Assembly (NCBI RefSeq): GCF_018977255.1
Contig: NW_024704742.1
Coordinates: 3,102,001 to 3,166,000, forward strand
Reading direction: 5' to 3'
Length of the DNA: 64,000 nucleotides
Origin: Callorhinchus milii
Lineage: Eukaryota
The notes beneath the pieces were generated by a model, which saw only the letters and a program-made list of their open reading frames with translations, did no database searches and was not told where the DNA came from. Of this stretch, positions 50,300 through 62,465 are shown one piece after another. Position 1 is the stretch's first letter, and the number at the start of each line of letters is the position of its first letter. The position numbers were made by a program, and so were the translations under genes.

Positions 50300-50660
50300 G
50301 ATTTCGGATTTCCGAGAACGTTTAAAATTGAACTTACTTTGCACACTCTGCCTGGATAACCCGGGGTGGGGAGAGCAATTCAAACACAGAATGACAAAAT
50401 ACGGCCGAGGAAGGAAGGGAGGGAGGTTTGTAGTGATGGTATCAATTAGCAGTAATGGAATCTCACTGCAGACCAGCACTTTTCAGCTAGTTATTAATTA
50501 TACTTAGCGGATACCTGTCAGTAAGACATTGAGTACAGCATTTTAACCACACTTGAGAGTTCTAAATAATTTATGACATCAACTCACTTGAGCGCATTCA
50601 GTGATTTACTAACTATTCTGCCTTTACCATAAGTACAGAACAAATTGCACTAAAATATAA

Positions 50661-50929
50661 AGGTGGAAAATGTGACACGGTGCCACAGTTATCGCCGGTG
50701 ATAATTATTACATCACCACCGAACATTGCTGGCGTGTAATGAAGCGGCTTTCCAGCACCGCTCTCCGAGGATAGCATCAGTGGTGGATCACTGCATCTGC
50801 AGGCCAAGCCCTTGTGCCAAAGTTCACACTCATCGCACTGCTTTGGTTATCAACTGCTTTAATTGGGATTTCCATCGATGTGATAATTATCACCAGTGGT
50901 AGGCACCACCTCACCACAATTTTCACCCC
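50661..50929. mobile_element. MITE-like element with degenerate inverted ends of about 50 bp
   Basis: ggtggaaaatgtg..ggtgcc..ccggtgataattattacatc versus reverse complement ggggtgaaaattgtg..ggtgcc..ctggtgataattatcacatc. Confidence 0.6.
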
Positions 50930-51044
50930 ATTTAGTTATGATTCAATACATTAATTTGGGGTGACTTTAAGCTGGAGGACAGAGAACTTCAATACTAAAT
51001 GCTGTTCACCTCTCCCTCAGGCTGATATGGTTAAGCTGACCGGA

Positions 51045-51330
51045 TTCACAGGTTTTGAGTGTAACGTGAAGTGACTGTGCTTCTGTAGGCGAATGCGGAA
51101 GCCCAATTATGCAGAGCAATGTCCCACAAGCAGCGTGGAGTGAGTGACCCATTATATTTTGGGGATTGTTGATCAGGACAGCAGGAGAATCTCCCTTCCC
51201 CTTTCGATTAGTGTCACGGGATCTTTAACATCTCCTGAACAGCTCAGCATTTCATCTGAAGGACAGCACCACTGATAATCCAGCACGCCCCAGCACCGCA
51301 GTGGAGGGTCAGGGTAGACCATGCGAGCTC
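51045..51330 (-). mobile_element. SacSINE1-like SINE remnant
   Basis: gcaatgtcccacaagcagc; gggatctttaacatctcctgaac. Confidence 0.72.
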
Positions 51331-52149
51331 CAATCCTGACTGGGAGTCTGCGAATCCACGAGAAGTGGTCTAACGGGTTAGGATGAGTTGGATTATCCAC
51401 ACTCCAAGCTCACTCCAAAAGTTAAGGGTGTCAGAGTAGAGTACCATTGATTCAATGCAACTTACTTCCAGCTTCCTTCTTACGATATCGCATGAGAAAA
51501 TTGCTACGTGTTGGGACTCTTTGCTAGAAATATATTTATAAGTTCGCATTGTTGACTCTGCCGGCTCAAAATTTAAATGAGTTGCATGATGTGAATCATG
51601 CTCTTTATTGAGTTATTGCTGTGATAGTCATGGGGACCAAAGGGAGAACGTTAATACAAGTTCTGCTCCCTGTAGTTGAATAAATTATGCAAATGAGGCT
51701 TTCAAATTAAAATCAATTCAATAGTTTGTACCCACCCCCCCCCCTCCATGTGGCGTTTGCAACCTTGTTCCAAAATAATTGGGAAGAAAATGGGAAATGT
51801 TATTTAAAAAGTGTTCAGATTATTCTCTGACTTGCAAGTAATTGAAGATACATTTTATGTAATTATTCCAATGATTTTCTGGCAATTTTAATTTAATAAT
51901 AATTGAACAATTTCCTAATAATTGTAAAACGGTTGTGCGTTGGCTACTGACGAGCTTTTTCCGAAGATGTTCAATTAACATCCAGTCATCCTTTGTCCTC
52001 AAGCGATAACCAGTCAAGTAGATTAATCGGAAAAGTCATTTTACGCGAACAAGTGTTCAGAGAGAAACAATCAGTTATCAGAAGAAGAGGAAACAAGAAA
52101 GTCATTCAGACCACCAAACCCTAGTGTTTCAACAAACTATGTAACACCC

Positions 52150-52530
52150 AAGCTATCCTGAACTCGACCGCTGACCTCGACCCCACCTACTCCACCCTCC
52201 ACCAACCGCTGCCAACGCTGGGCTGGCACCGGCCTCCTATTTGCCCTTCGTGTCCTCCGTTCCACCATCGGTAGCCTTGCCTTCAGCCACTACGCCCCGA
52301 AACTATGGAACTCTCTCGATCAATCCCTCCACCTCGACCCCTCCCTCCTCACCTTCAAATCCCGACTAAAGACCTTCCTTTTTGATGGGGCATACGGTCA
52401 CCTCCTCAGCCTTCCTCTCCCCACCCCCACCCACCACCCCCGGGTCGTTATCAGACTCCGCCACTGTGAAGCGCTCCGGGATGCTACCTCGGACGAAGGA
52501 CGCTGTATAAATCCAAGTTGTTGTGGTTGC
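52150..52530 (+). mobile_element. L2 LINE 3' fragment, second tail type
   Basis: TIGSLAFSHYAPKLWNSL; tail aagcgctccgggatgctacctcggacgaaggacgct...gttgttg. Confidence 0.88.
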
Positions 52531-53264
52531 CCACTCCAGCACCAGGCTTCGATTTTCACCCTGACCTGCCGTCACCTTGCGTTTCCAGTCTTGAGGCCAC
52601 AGATGGATATCCTTTTATCTTTGGGAGTTTAGAGAACGCAGCTTTTTTTGTTGTTGCTTTTGTTTTAATACGTATTTTCGAATCTAAATCTTGAGGGGAG
52701 CGGCGAAATTCATGCTCTTCCTGACCCAGGGAAAGTTGTTTCATGATTGAAGTCTGGGACCTCAGGTTCGGTGGAGGGCTCGGACTTCATTTATGAAACA
52801 ATGGGATAAAGGTTTCATCCAGCGCTATGTATAGTGCCTTCGACAGTGCCTGGCTATAAAGGAAAATCCTTTTGGTGCCCTTTGGCGATGTGGACAATGC
52901 TGAACGATTTTTTTTCGGAGATATTTCCCGGACCGTGGTAAGTATGGTCTCCACCTAGTGGTAAATCAGATTAATACGATACAATGTGATGCTCATGATG
53001 CCAAACTCACACTGTACACCACAAACCGCAGCACCCAACTCAAGCCAGCGCTAATTTAAGGGATATCACAAATCTTACCCTTTTTCCGAATGTGCTTTCA
53101 CCAGCAATCTCTTCGAGATTATTGGAATTTATGTCACCATGACTCCTTCTGTTCCAGCAGGGAAAGCAGCTAAAAGAGCTTGACAACTGCACCAAGGTAG
53201 CTCAGGATCCAGTATTTGCTGATATGTGATGGGATTGCCTTAAGAGGGAAGCTGCGTTACATAG

Positions 53265-53480
53265 AATTAGACAGAACGTTACAGCATGGAAACAGAACAC
53301 TTGGCCAAACAAATTCATGTTGGACCCTACTCTACACGAGCCTCTTCCTTTCCTAATCCCCTCTCCCACACGACTTGATTCACCTATCTGTCTTAAATAT
53401 GTTGATCCTTTCAGCTTCCGGCAGTGAGTTCCACATCCCCACCTCTCTCTACGTAAATAAATTCCTCCTAATGTTTGGAA
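53265..53480 (-). mobile_element. CR1 3' remnant
   Basis: acagaacgttacagcatggaaacag tail; ggcagtgagttccacatccccacc. Confidence 0.65.
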
Positions 53481-53849
53481 GGCCACCCCCACCGATACTC
53501 TCACCAGGTCCGTCAAGTGTGCAGCTCACACTCCACTGGGACAGTACGTTGCGTACGAGCAGAGTCTCCACTGGTGGTTTCTTTATTAAAAGGAATCCGT
53601 TTGAAATCAGTGGAGATCAGACACAATCGTCTCCTGTTTATGCAACCGTTTTGAACCGGCCCCGTGTAGCTGAATCCAAACTGTTATCCTGTGGACCACA
53701 TTTTGAGGTATTTCAGGTATTTTAGTAAGGAAATATCCCCAATGGAGAACAAATTTGCGTCAAGGTTCATCTCAATATCAGTGGTTCTTAGCATTCGCAC
53801 TTCAGTCTGTCGGGATCAGTGTGGGAAGAGATGATGGAATGCAATACAG

Positions 53850-54235
53850 TACAATTTACACTCAGCTCCCTGCCCAGCCAGAATTGCCGGGAGCCATTCC
53901 CGTCTGGACAACATCCCAAAGCACCTGGTGATTCTGGCTGGCACCAGGGCTGAGGGTAAGAGCTGAGAGGGGGAGCAAGGCGGGGAAAGATGACCAAAAA
54001 TGCAGTCAACGAGGTAGTATGTTTTGAGGGGGAGCTTCAAAGAAGGAGAGAGGGAGTAAGTTCAGAGGGTCAACAACAACAACATCGAGAACAAAATTAC
54101 ATTCTTATCGCGCCCTTTCACGTGGGGAGGACGTCCCAAGGCGCTGGACAATCAGTGTTTCGGAACCGAGCTGGGGGTCGGGATCGGGAAAGGGTGGAGG
54201 ACCTGGGCATCGAGTTCCAGAGAGCAGGCTGACAA
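53850..54235 (-). mobile_element. Two adjacent L2 3' ends (53850-54060 and 54071-54235)
   Basis: acatcccaaagcac...; caacaacaac...gcgccctttcacgtggggaggacgtcccaaggcgct. Confidence 0.78.
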
Positions 54236-54709
54236 ATGGGATGGATGGAGCAGGCAAACTCCTCGAGCAGGCCAGTGTCAGCTGAGTGAAGGCAACTCAG
54301 GTAGAACTGGGATTTGTAACACTGGTTCCAACACTGGAATGGTGATCCCTACAAAAAGGAGAAAAAGTGCATTATTGCTGTCAACTGCAGAGCTTTAGAT
54401 ATTCAAACGTCCCTTCACAGTGCTGCAGGGAATTGGCAGTGCAAGTTCATAACTGGATTTATGTTAGATTTAATATGATTTCTGAGAGTTACACAAGGCA
54501 ATGAAATTGGACAATAATGTCACTTTAGTGGCTGCCTTTGGTACTGATATCAGGTGTTCTTTATGCAAAGCTGGGTCTCATAGCAGACCTTCAAGTCTGG
54601 GCTGGCATTAGCTGCTGCTGCTATGGGTCACTTGTTGTTAGTGGTCTTTTGCACCACTTTTATTGTGTAATTCTGTAATTTCACACAGTGATTTTTAACG
54701 TTCTTGATT

Positions 54710-54828
54710 AATTTAATTTGATTGCTGTGCGCGATTGGCTGCCGCGTCCCGCTCACATAATGTACAGTCAAGGTGACGTCTTGAAGACGTGATAAGGCGC
54801 TATGTTTAAATGCAAGGATTATTATCAC
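54710..54828 (+). mobile_element. Young SINE 3' fragment
   Basis: ttgctgtgcgcgattggctgccgcg...gacgtcttgaagacgtgataaggcgct. Confidence 0.85.
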
Positions 54829-54829
54829 T

Positions 54830-55020
54830 ATCCACTTGAACAGGCAGACGAGACCTCAGATTAACATCTCATCCACAGGATGGCACCTCTGACAATGAGC
54901 ACACTCCCAGCACTGCTTTTGGACTGTCAGCTTAGCGTGTATGGGTTTCAAGTCCCAACACGTGGCTTGAACCCACAACCTTCTGACTCAGAGGTGAGAA
55001 TGCTGCCAACTGAGCCAGGG
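54830..55020 (-). mobile_element. SacSINE1-like SINE 5' half
   Basis: Minus strand tggctcagttggcagcattctcacctctgagtcagaaggttgtgggttcaagcc. Confidence 0.88.
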
Positions 55021-55294
55021 TAGGATTGTTCCAGAAGGTGGGGCATTTTATCCCAGCTCCTCCTCCCCCCTCCCTCTTCTCCCTCCCATTACAGGGAGTT
55101 GTTTCGGAGGGGGAATTGTGCTTCGCGTGTAATATACATAAAAAGAAATCATAAATCCTTAAGATCCTTGGGGTGTTAATTAAAAATCCGAGTAACTTGT
55201 TTGCAGGAAGCTGATCTGTTCTTCCGAATGTTTATTGTATGTTTAATTAACCCTCGGAATACTTAATAGCTAACAATTCGTATGTGTATTTGTA

Positions 55295-55607
55295 CACTGG
55301 GCAAATTGTCTATGTCTGGAGTCGGGTGAATGGGTCTCAAACTGGAGCTCAGGACCTTTTACAAGGCACAGCCGCCTTCGATTGTGCCAAAGGCAGACCT
55401 GAGTCTCCATAGGTGAGAAACTGCAACCAGGACGAGAGTTGTTCGATCTATGGAACATTTCAGAGCATCCACAACTTGACAAATTCTTGAACACGGCCTT
55501 TATGTTCAAGTCAGTTTTCTGTAAGAGCCCCTGAAAACCGGCTTTAAAGTCGAGAGTGGATTCAGTGCTTTGCCGAATTCTGAACACTCGGAAAGATTTC
55601 TCCCCAC
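55295..55607. mobile_element. MITE-like DNA element, same family as 501-1045
   Basis: Right end ...gatttctccccac; internal block shared with 552-600 plus 1025-1042, and in inverted orientation with 1241-1290. Confidence 0.55.
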
Positions 55608-55899
55608 ATGTGGTCTAAACGCAGATCCTGTTGAACCATTGAATATTGGCCGAGCTGAGATCCGTCTCTCTTGACAGCTCGCCTTCTCGGTTGTCCGGTG
55701 AGATAGCGTGAGATAGCGTGTTGGAATGTAACTAAGAGGCAGGATTATCCACAAATCCATCTGAAAGCATTCTATTAAAACTAGAGGATGTCAATTTTTC
55801 TCCACTATTATTCCCCCATGTCTTGGCACTTGGCTGAACCAAACTGCATGGAGGCACACTCCACCCCACGGAACCAGTGTGGATCCACTGTGCCTATTC

Positions 55900-56260
55900 A
55901 CTTTCTGGCACCTTCCTACCTCCCAGACCTCCTCACCCCCCCAATCCACTACCCAGAACCTCCGCTCGACTGGCACTGGCCTCCTACTTGTCCCTTGCAC
56001 CCTCTGCTCCACCATCGGAGGTTACTCTTTCAGCCACTACGCCACCAAACTGTGGAACATTCTCCCTCAATCCCTCCACCTTGCCCCTTCTCTCCCTTTT
56101 TTCAAGTCCCGCCTGAAAACCTTCCTTTTCGACCATGCTTACGGTCTCCTCCCCCCATGCCCCCCGCCCCGCTCAGAGTCAGGCTCCACCACTGTTAAGC
56201 GCTCTGAGATGCTACCCTGGGTGGAGGACGCTATGTAAGTGCAAGTTGTTGCTGTTGTCC
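55900..56260 (+). mobile_element. L2 LINE 3' fragment, second tail type
   Basis: APSYLPDLL; TIGGYSFSHYATKLWNILP...FKSRLKTFLFDHAY; tail aagcgctctgagatgctaccctggg. Confidence 0.9.
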
Positions 56261-57215
56261 TGTTTGACTCCCATCTGTACGATTAAACCCCTAATCCATG
56301 CTCAGCATTCCCCACCTCTGAATCGCTGCCCTCCATAACTATCTCTGCCCTCGAGCTGCTGAGACCTGAATCGATGCCTCCATGTCCTGTCATGACAACT
56401 TCCCAGCTCTTCCCTACACACGATGCAGATGATAGAGAACTATCCTGCACTAGGCTCCGCAAGCCTATCAGTCCCATCCTAGCCCAGCTCCATTGGCTCC
56501 CTATCCCCTTAGATGATCGAGTTCAGGATCCTCATCCTCACCTGTAAATCCTCTCAGTTCTGAAGTGGTGCCTTCTTAATTCATCTTCAATTTACCAGGA
56601 GGAGAAAAATTGTCAGGTGACAAACTTTTTTTTTAACCACTATGTGTCTCTTGTCCGATTGCCAACACTGAGTGGTTATTACCCTAGGAGCACGTGAAAA
56701 ATCACTTTGCAACTCGATATGCTTTTATTTTTCCCCCCTCTCTCTCTATCTCTCTCCAATTAATCAGTGCTACTAGATGATGTCCATTTTTTTCTTATAA
56801 TGTTCTTCCTTTGCTCCTCCCAAGCTTCAATTACACTGTCTTACGCATCCTTACGTCCTCAATGTGCTAAAATAGCTCTCCTTAACTCATTCTTTCACAT
56901 GGACCTCCTCAATCATCCTTTCCTTCTACGGGCCTTGAAACCCCAAGCTTAGCTTCATCCATTATTCCCTCACATACCTCGATTCTCTGCTACTTCTTTC
57001 AACCGTGGCTATGACCTTATCTTAGAAACCTTAGCTCTTCACCTAAGGTTTTTTTATATAAAAACTTAGTTCTTTCAAGGCCCTTTTAGAACAACATACT
57101 GACCTACCTGTAGTTCATTTTAAAGCAGAATACCTTGCTGGAATTCTGTCTTATGTGGGAGGAAAGTATTCCTGTATCCGATTTGCACTTTGATCCGTTG
57201 TGTGGTTTGTAAGAA

Positions 57216-57630
57216 ATAATAATAATCCTTGCATTTGATATTTGATATAGCACCTTATCAGTCATTGAGACGTGTCAAAGTGTGACAAATTATTATACCT
57301 TAAAGTGCAGTGACTGTATTTTGTAGGTGATCACGATAGCCAGTATGCCCACAGCGATGTCCCCAAACAGGCGTGAATTCAGATTTAATCTGTAAGATTG
57401 TTGTCCAGGATACCGGGAGAAACTCACTTCTCTTTAGGAAAAGTGCCATGGGATCTTTGGGCAGGCAGGCAGGACTTGGGTTTAACGAGTCATCCGAAGA
57501 ATGGCACCTCCATCAATGCAGCATTCCTCTGGAGTGTCAGCCTACACTATATAAGATCAAAGTCCCAATGTTGGCCTGGAACCCACGCCCTTCTGAATCA
57601 CAGCATTATAATGACTACCAACTGAGCCAT
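57216..57630 (-). mobile_element. SacSINE1-like DeuSINE, near full length
   Basis: Tail aataatccttgcatttgata; head reverse of ...ccaactgagcca. Confidence 0.82.
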
Positions 57631-57939
57631 TATAAAGCAGTTTTAAATATAGTATGGGAAAGTGCTGTTTAAATACCTTGAATATCACATTTTAACTGGC
57701 ATATTTTAACAGTGTGCTTTTGCTTTAAACAAACACAGATTTCTCCAAAAAATGTCATACAATCCTCATAAATGTACACTAAATTTAAGTTCATCCTTTT
57801 AGTTCGGTTGCACGTTCTGTTTACACGAAGCTCAAGCATTAGGAAATGTTTTGGGTCATTGTTCAAACGGAATTCCCGTTAATAGAGTGAGCAATGTGTT
57901 GCGTTTGAGGAACTTATTGCTAGAAGATTGTGAGCCTCC

Positions 57940-58402
57940 AACAACAACAACCACAGCAACAAAATTACATTTATAGTGCGCCTTTTACGTTGGGAGGACG
58001 TCCCAAGGCGCTGGACATCAGGGGTCAGGACCTGAGCATGGGGGGAGGGGTGGTGTAGGGGTGAGGGAAGGCAGAGAGATGGGAGGGAGACCAAAGGCAC
58101 GGTCGAAGAGAAGGGTCTTGAGACCGGCCTTGAAGGAGGCGAGGGAGGAAGCGAGGCGAAGGGACCGTGGGATGGAGTTCCAGAGTGTGGGGGCAGAGAG
58201 GCTGAAAGCCCAGCCACCGATGGTAAGACGGGTTGGGCGGGAGACATGGAGCAGCCCGGAGCTCGCTGAACGGAGGGAGCGGGCAGGTTGGTAGGGAGTC
58301 AGCAGGTCAGAGAGGTAGGAGGGGGCGAGGCCATGGATGGCCTTGAAAGTGAGGACAAGGATCTTGAATTCGATCCTCTAAGGGATGGGGAGCCAGTGGA
58401 GT
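57940..58402 (-). mobile_element. L2 LINE 3' fragment, young
   Basis: LHWLPIP*RIEFKIL...TIGGWAFSLSAPTLWNSIP; stem-loop; (GTT)n. Confidence 0.92.
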
Positions 58403-58881
58403 CAGCTTCAAGTCAATCCTCTGGTAATCTCAATAGACTGGTTCCTGAATCAGACGAGTTGACAGTACTCCAGGGCATTGTTGATCACAAAACAACCGGC
58501 CTCGCCCATCGGCAGATTTGGAGGAACGACTAGTCAATAGGTGCAGGGATTTTACCCACTCGACTTCTGTTAAACCTGCAAGCCAAAATCCTAATGGGTA
58601 GGATAGCTCTGGGCGGTTGAGCAGTGAGAAACTTGCCAGACAATGCTTTCAATAGCAAGCCATGCGATTCTAGTTGGTTAAACTCCAGCAGTTCCTAAAG
58701 CACACTCTGAAAACCCTCTGGGGATAAAAGTGTGAGAGGAAGTACTGGAAGGAACCTAATGGAGAAAATAGGGACGGGACTATATCAAATAAGCAACCAG
58801 ATGAAAAACAAGAAATTATAAATATAGTCACATCAGCTACAATTTAGCATTGTATAAAGAGCTGTCTATTGAACATACTGT

Positions 58882-59207
58882 GGAGTCCTGGAGCTCAGTG
58901 GTTAGAGCACTCGCTTTGCAGGCGAGAGACCTGAGTTCCACTCCAGGCAGAGGGCGAAACCTTGGGCAAGTTTCCTTACTCCACACAGAGCGTAATAATA
59001 ATCCCTCCAAAACCAAAAACAATAATAAAATTGGTCATTTTCAATCTACGACTGTTTGTGGGACATTGCTGTGCGCAATTGGCGGCCGCGTTCGGCCACA
59101 AATATACAGTCAATTCACTTTACAGTGTGTTCTGTGAATTGCTTTGGGACGTCCTCCCGATGTGAAAAGCGCTATATCAAATGCAAGGATTATTATTATT
59201 ATTATTA
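58882..59207 (+). mobile_element. Young tRNA-derived SINE, subfamily A, full length
   Basis: Near-identical to the reverse complement of 14689-15011. Confidence 0.95.
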
Positions 59208-59848
59208 CTGTGGGATGAAGGGGTTACAGCCAGAGTTAGTGAAGCTCACATAAATCAGTGGTGCACAGTAACACAGGCTTCAACAGTAATTTATCACCAA
59301 CAACAAGACTAATTGTGGCAGTCTCACTATGTATAAATATCATCAGGTTTCCAGTATCTGATAAAACATCTGATTATTTGTTGAGGGTTTGTGTTCCAAT
59401 TCAGTTTACGATTAACTTCGCCATTATTAATATTTACTGGCAAAGCAATTTCTAGCCCTGTCTATTTTCTAATGCAGCGCATATATGCTGTCATAAACAT
59501 TACAGGTTTAAATATGACCTATTGGAGTGGCGATGCACCATTACATACTGAGATATGGAATACAAATGTAATGCATCAACATGGGCTCGACAGAAAATTC
59601 AAATGTACTGCACCTACATGAACTTCAATAGAGAATTTAAATTGGGAGATTAGGCATAAATAATTTTCCTAGTCACGGATGTGCTCGGAATGTATTTAGT
59701 TCAGCGACGTTGCTGAAACAGGTTAAGCGTCTTGTTGATTTCCGCAACAACATCGCTCGCTGTTGTTTAAACTGGTGATTGGAACACACGCGTTACAATG
59801 CCAGAGTCCTCTGCTTAATTTGGTCTAAACACACAGATGCAGCGCTAG

Positions 59849-60275
<427 letters not shown>

Positions 60276-60296
60276 TGAGAACTTTACTGTTAGCAA

Positions 60297-60460
60297 AGTA
60301 ATAATAACAATCCTTGCATTTGATATCGCGCCTTATCGCGTCTTCGAGGACGTCTTAAAGCGCTTCCCAGGATGCACTGTAGAGTGGTTCGACCTTATGT
60401 AAGTTAGCCTTGAACCTACAACATTCCAACTCAGAGGGCGGAGTGCAACCAACTGAGCCG
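60297..60460 (-). mobile_element. SINE tail plus SacSINE-like head remnant
   Basis: gcgccttatcgcgtcttcgaggacgtc; ttgaacctacaac...ccaactgagcc. Confidence 0.72.
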
Positions 60461-61464
60461 GGTTGACGCCTGCAAATTCTGCCCGGGAGATTCTTTTGAG
60501 TGACGGATTGCATACTGGCAGTGAACATACTCCTCCCTCTCTCTCGCCCTCCGAATTTAATCCTGCGCCCCTCCCATCTCCCGGGGGTGCAAGAGGTGGG
60601 CTTCCTAAAATGCGTGACTTCACGAGCTGTGGAGGCAATGGAAAATCAAAGATTTCCTACTTTGATTGGTTTCCAGCATTGATTAAGTGCCTTAATTTTT
60701 TTTTAGTAATGCATTCAACAGAACGCTATTTGTCACTTGCACCAAACGGCAGTGCAAAAAAACAGCTTTTAATTAGAAAAATGTCCCGACCACTGAAAAA
60801 GCTGATTTTCCTCATTTGTTTATAATTTATACTAACAGGTCAAAATTGCCTTTCAATGCTTGAGAAAGAGCGAGAGGGGGGGTGGGGTGGGGGTGGGGGT
60901 TGGTGGAGGGCGAAAAGGGAGGAGAGGGGAAGAGGGTGGGGGCGGTGGGAGGAGAAGGAAGACAACGGAGGGGAGAAGAGAGGCCAAAGAAGGAGAAGAG
61001 AGGAGTTAGTGAAGGAGGAAGGGGGGGGAGAGTGCACATATCACCATGTGTGAATTTGTTGCTTGCTGCATTGAGACCATTGGGAAATATAACATTCTTT
61101 GCGTTATGTTGAATATTTTGACAGCATCGTGATCGGGTCAGGTTGAGCAGAGGCAACGGCAGGTGAGGATATGGACAGCGGAGTTTTGAATTAGGTAGAA
61201 TCAGGCAATTGGACTTTGTGAAGAGTGGAGCTAGGGAAACCGGCAATGAGGGCATTGGAGAAAATTGAGGCAGGATACCCAAATCTATTTCACTCAGAAC
61301 CTTACAATCAGCAAAGAGGAGACTTTCAACCATCAGAATCGGTGCCAAGTCCCAGACTTAAAGGTCCATTTTTTAAAAAAACTTTGTACCAACCAGTGGC
61401 TCTGTTTCTCCTCTCCCAATTCTCTTCCCCACCCACCACCATCACCCCCAACTTGAGTTCATCG

Positions 61465-61975
61465 TCCAGGCTGACACTTCAATGAACTACTAGAGGGTGA
61501 AGGGGCTGTACTGTGATGTTGGAGATGGAGGAGTCATCTTTTGAATGAGATGTTAACGGTCAGGTGAACACTCAAGTTTCCGTAACACTATTCAAAAAGA
61601 GAAGGGCCTTTCTCTCTTGAGTCCTGGCCAACAGTCCTCCAAATGAATCAGTCATTCGTCTAGTAGCTGTGTTGGCCCTCGTTGACGCAAATGGCTGCTG
61701 CGTCCACCTTCGAAATCACACTTGACCGCAACACGCTCGTGAGTAATTACCTGTGAAGAGCTCTGAGATGTTCCGAAGCAATAAATACTATGAAAATGCA
61801 AGTTCTTTCTAACTTCATTTCATGGCTGCTTGTGAGGAATTTGTCGGGCACAAATCGGCTGCCATGGACGCCTGCAAAATACTGTCACTGCACTTCACAG
61901 TAAATCCTATGAAGCACTTTGAGATGTCCTCCTTTATGCACCATGCACTGTATCAAATGCAAGGATTATTATTCT
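61465..61975 (+). mobile_element. Two tandem degraded SacSINE1-like copies
   Basis: aggctgacacttcaatg...gtcctggccaacagtcc...aaatggctgc; second 3' part from about 61815 ending aaatgcaaggattatt. Confidence 0.7.
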
Positions 61976-62261
61976 ATTCTAGTCCTGGCACTCCCTGCAG
62001 CCCAACGGAGGAGGAAGCAGACTCCTGTAGCGAGCTAGAAATCTTTATCATCGGCGGAAGACAGCTCCTGCTTACTGTCAGCTGCAAAATCTATCTCATT
62101 GTGCGGAGACATCAAATTTTCCACTACAATGCTTGTGCCGCTACCCGGAGAGAAGCAGAACGCTCGGAAATTCTAACTGATAATGCAGAACAAAATAATT
62201 GTTGGGAGAAAGTTGGAGAGACGATCAATTATGATAAAAACAATATTTTTCGGGGGGGGGT

Positions 62262-62465
62262 CCGGTCGGGTGTCTGACCCATGCGGAAACCCATCACCGT
62301 TGCGTAAGAGTTTCCAAAGCCGAACTGCGAATTCTACGGGTCCCACCTTACACAAGGGAATTCCAGAGACAGATTGTTGGAATGGATGCGCTCTCTCTCT
62401 CTCTCCCTGGAGGGATGCATCCTGCTTACCTGTATACCGGAAAGTGTTAGGCGCAGGTTGGCAGT
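62262..62465 (-). repeat. Unclassified repeat family X, long copy
   Basis: cgggtgtctgacccatgcggaaaccc...ctctccctggagggatgcatcctgcttacct...gcaggttggca. Confidence 0.85.

Noticed and set aside
50840..50860. miR-9-like ctttggttatc
   Set aside because: Only 11 nt match, no precursor hairpin, and it lies inside a MITE-like element.
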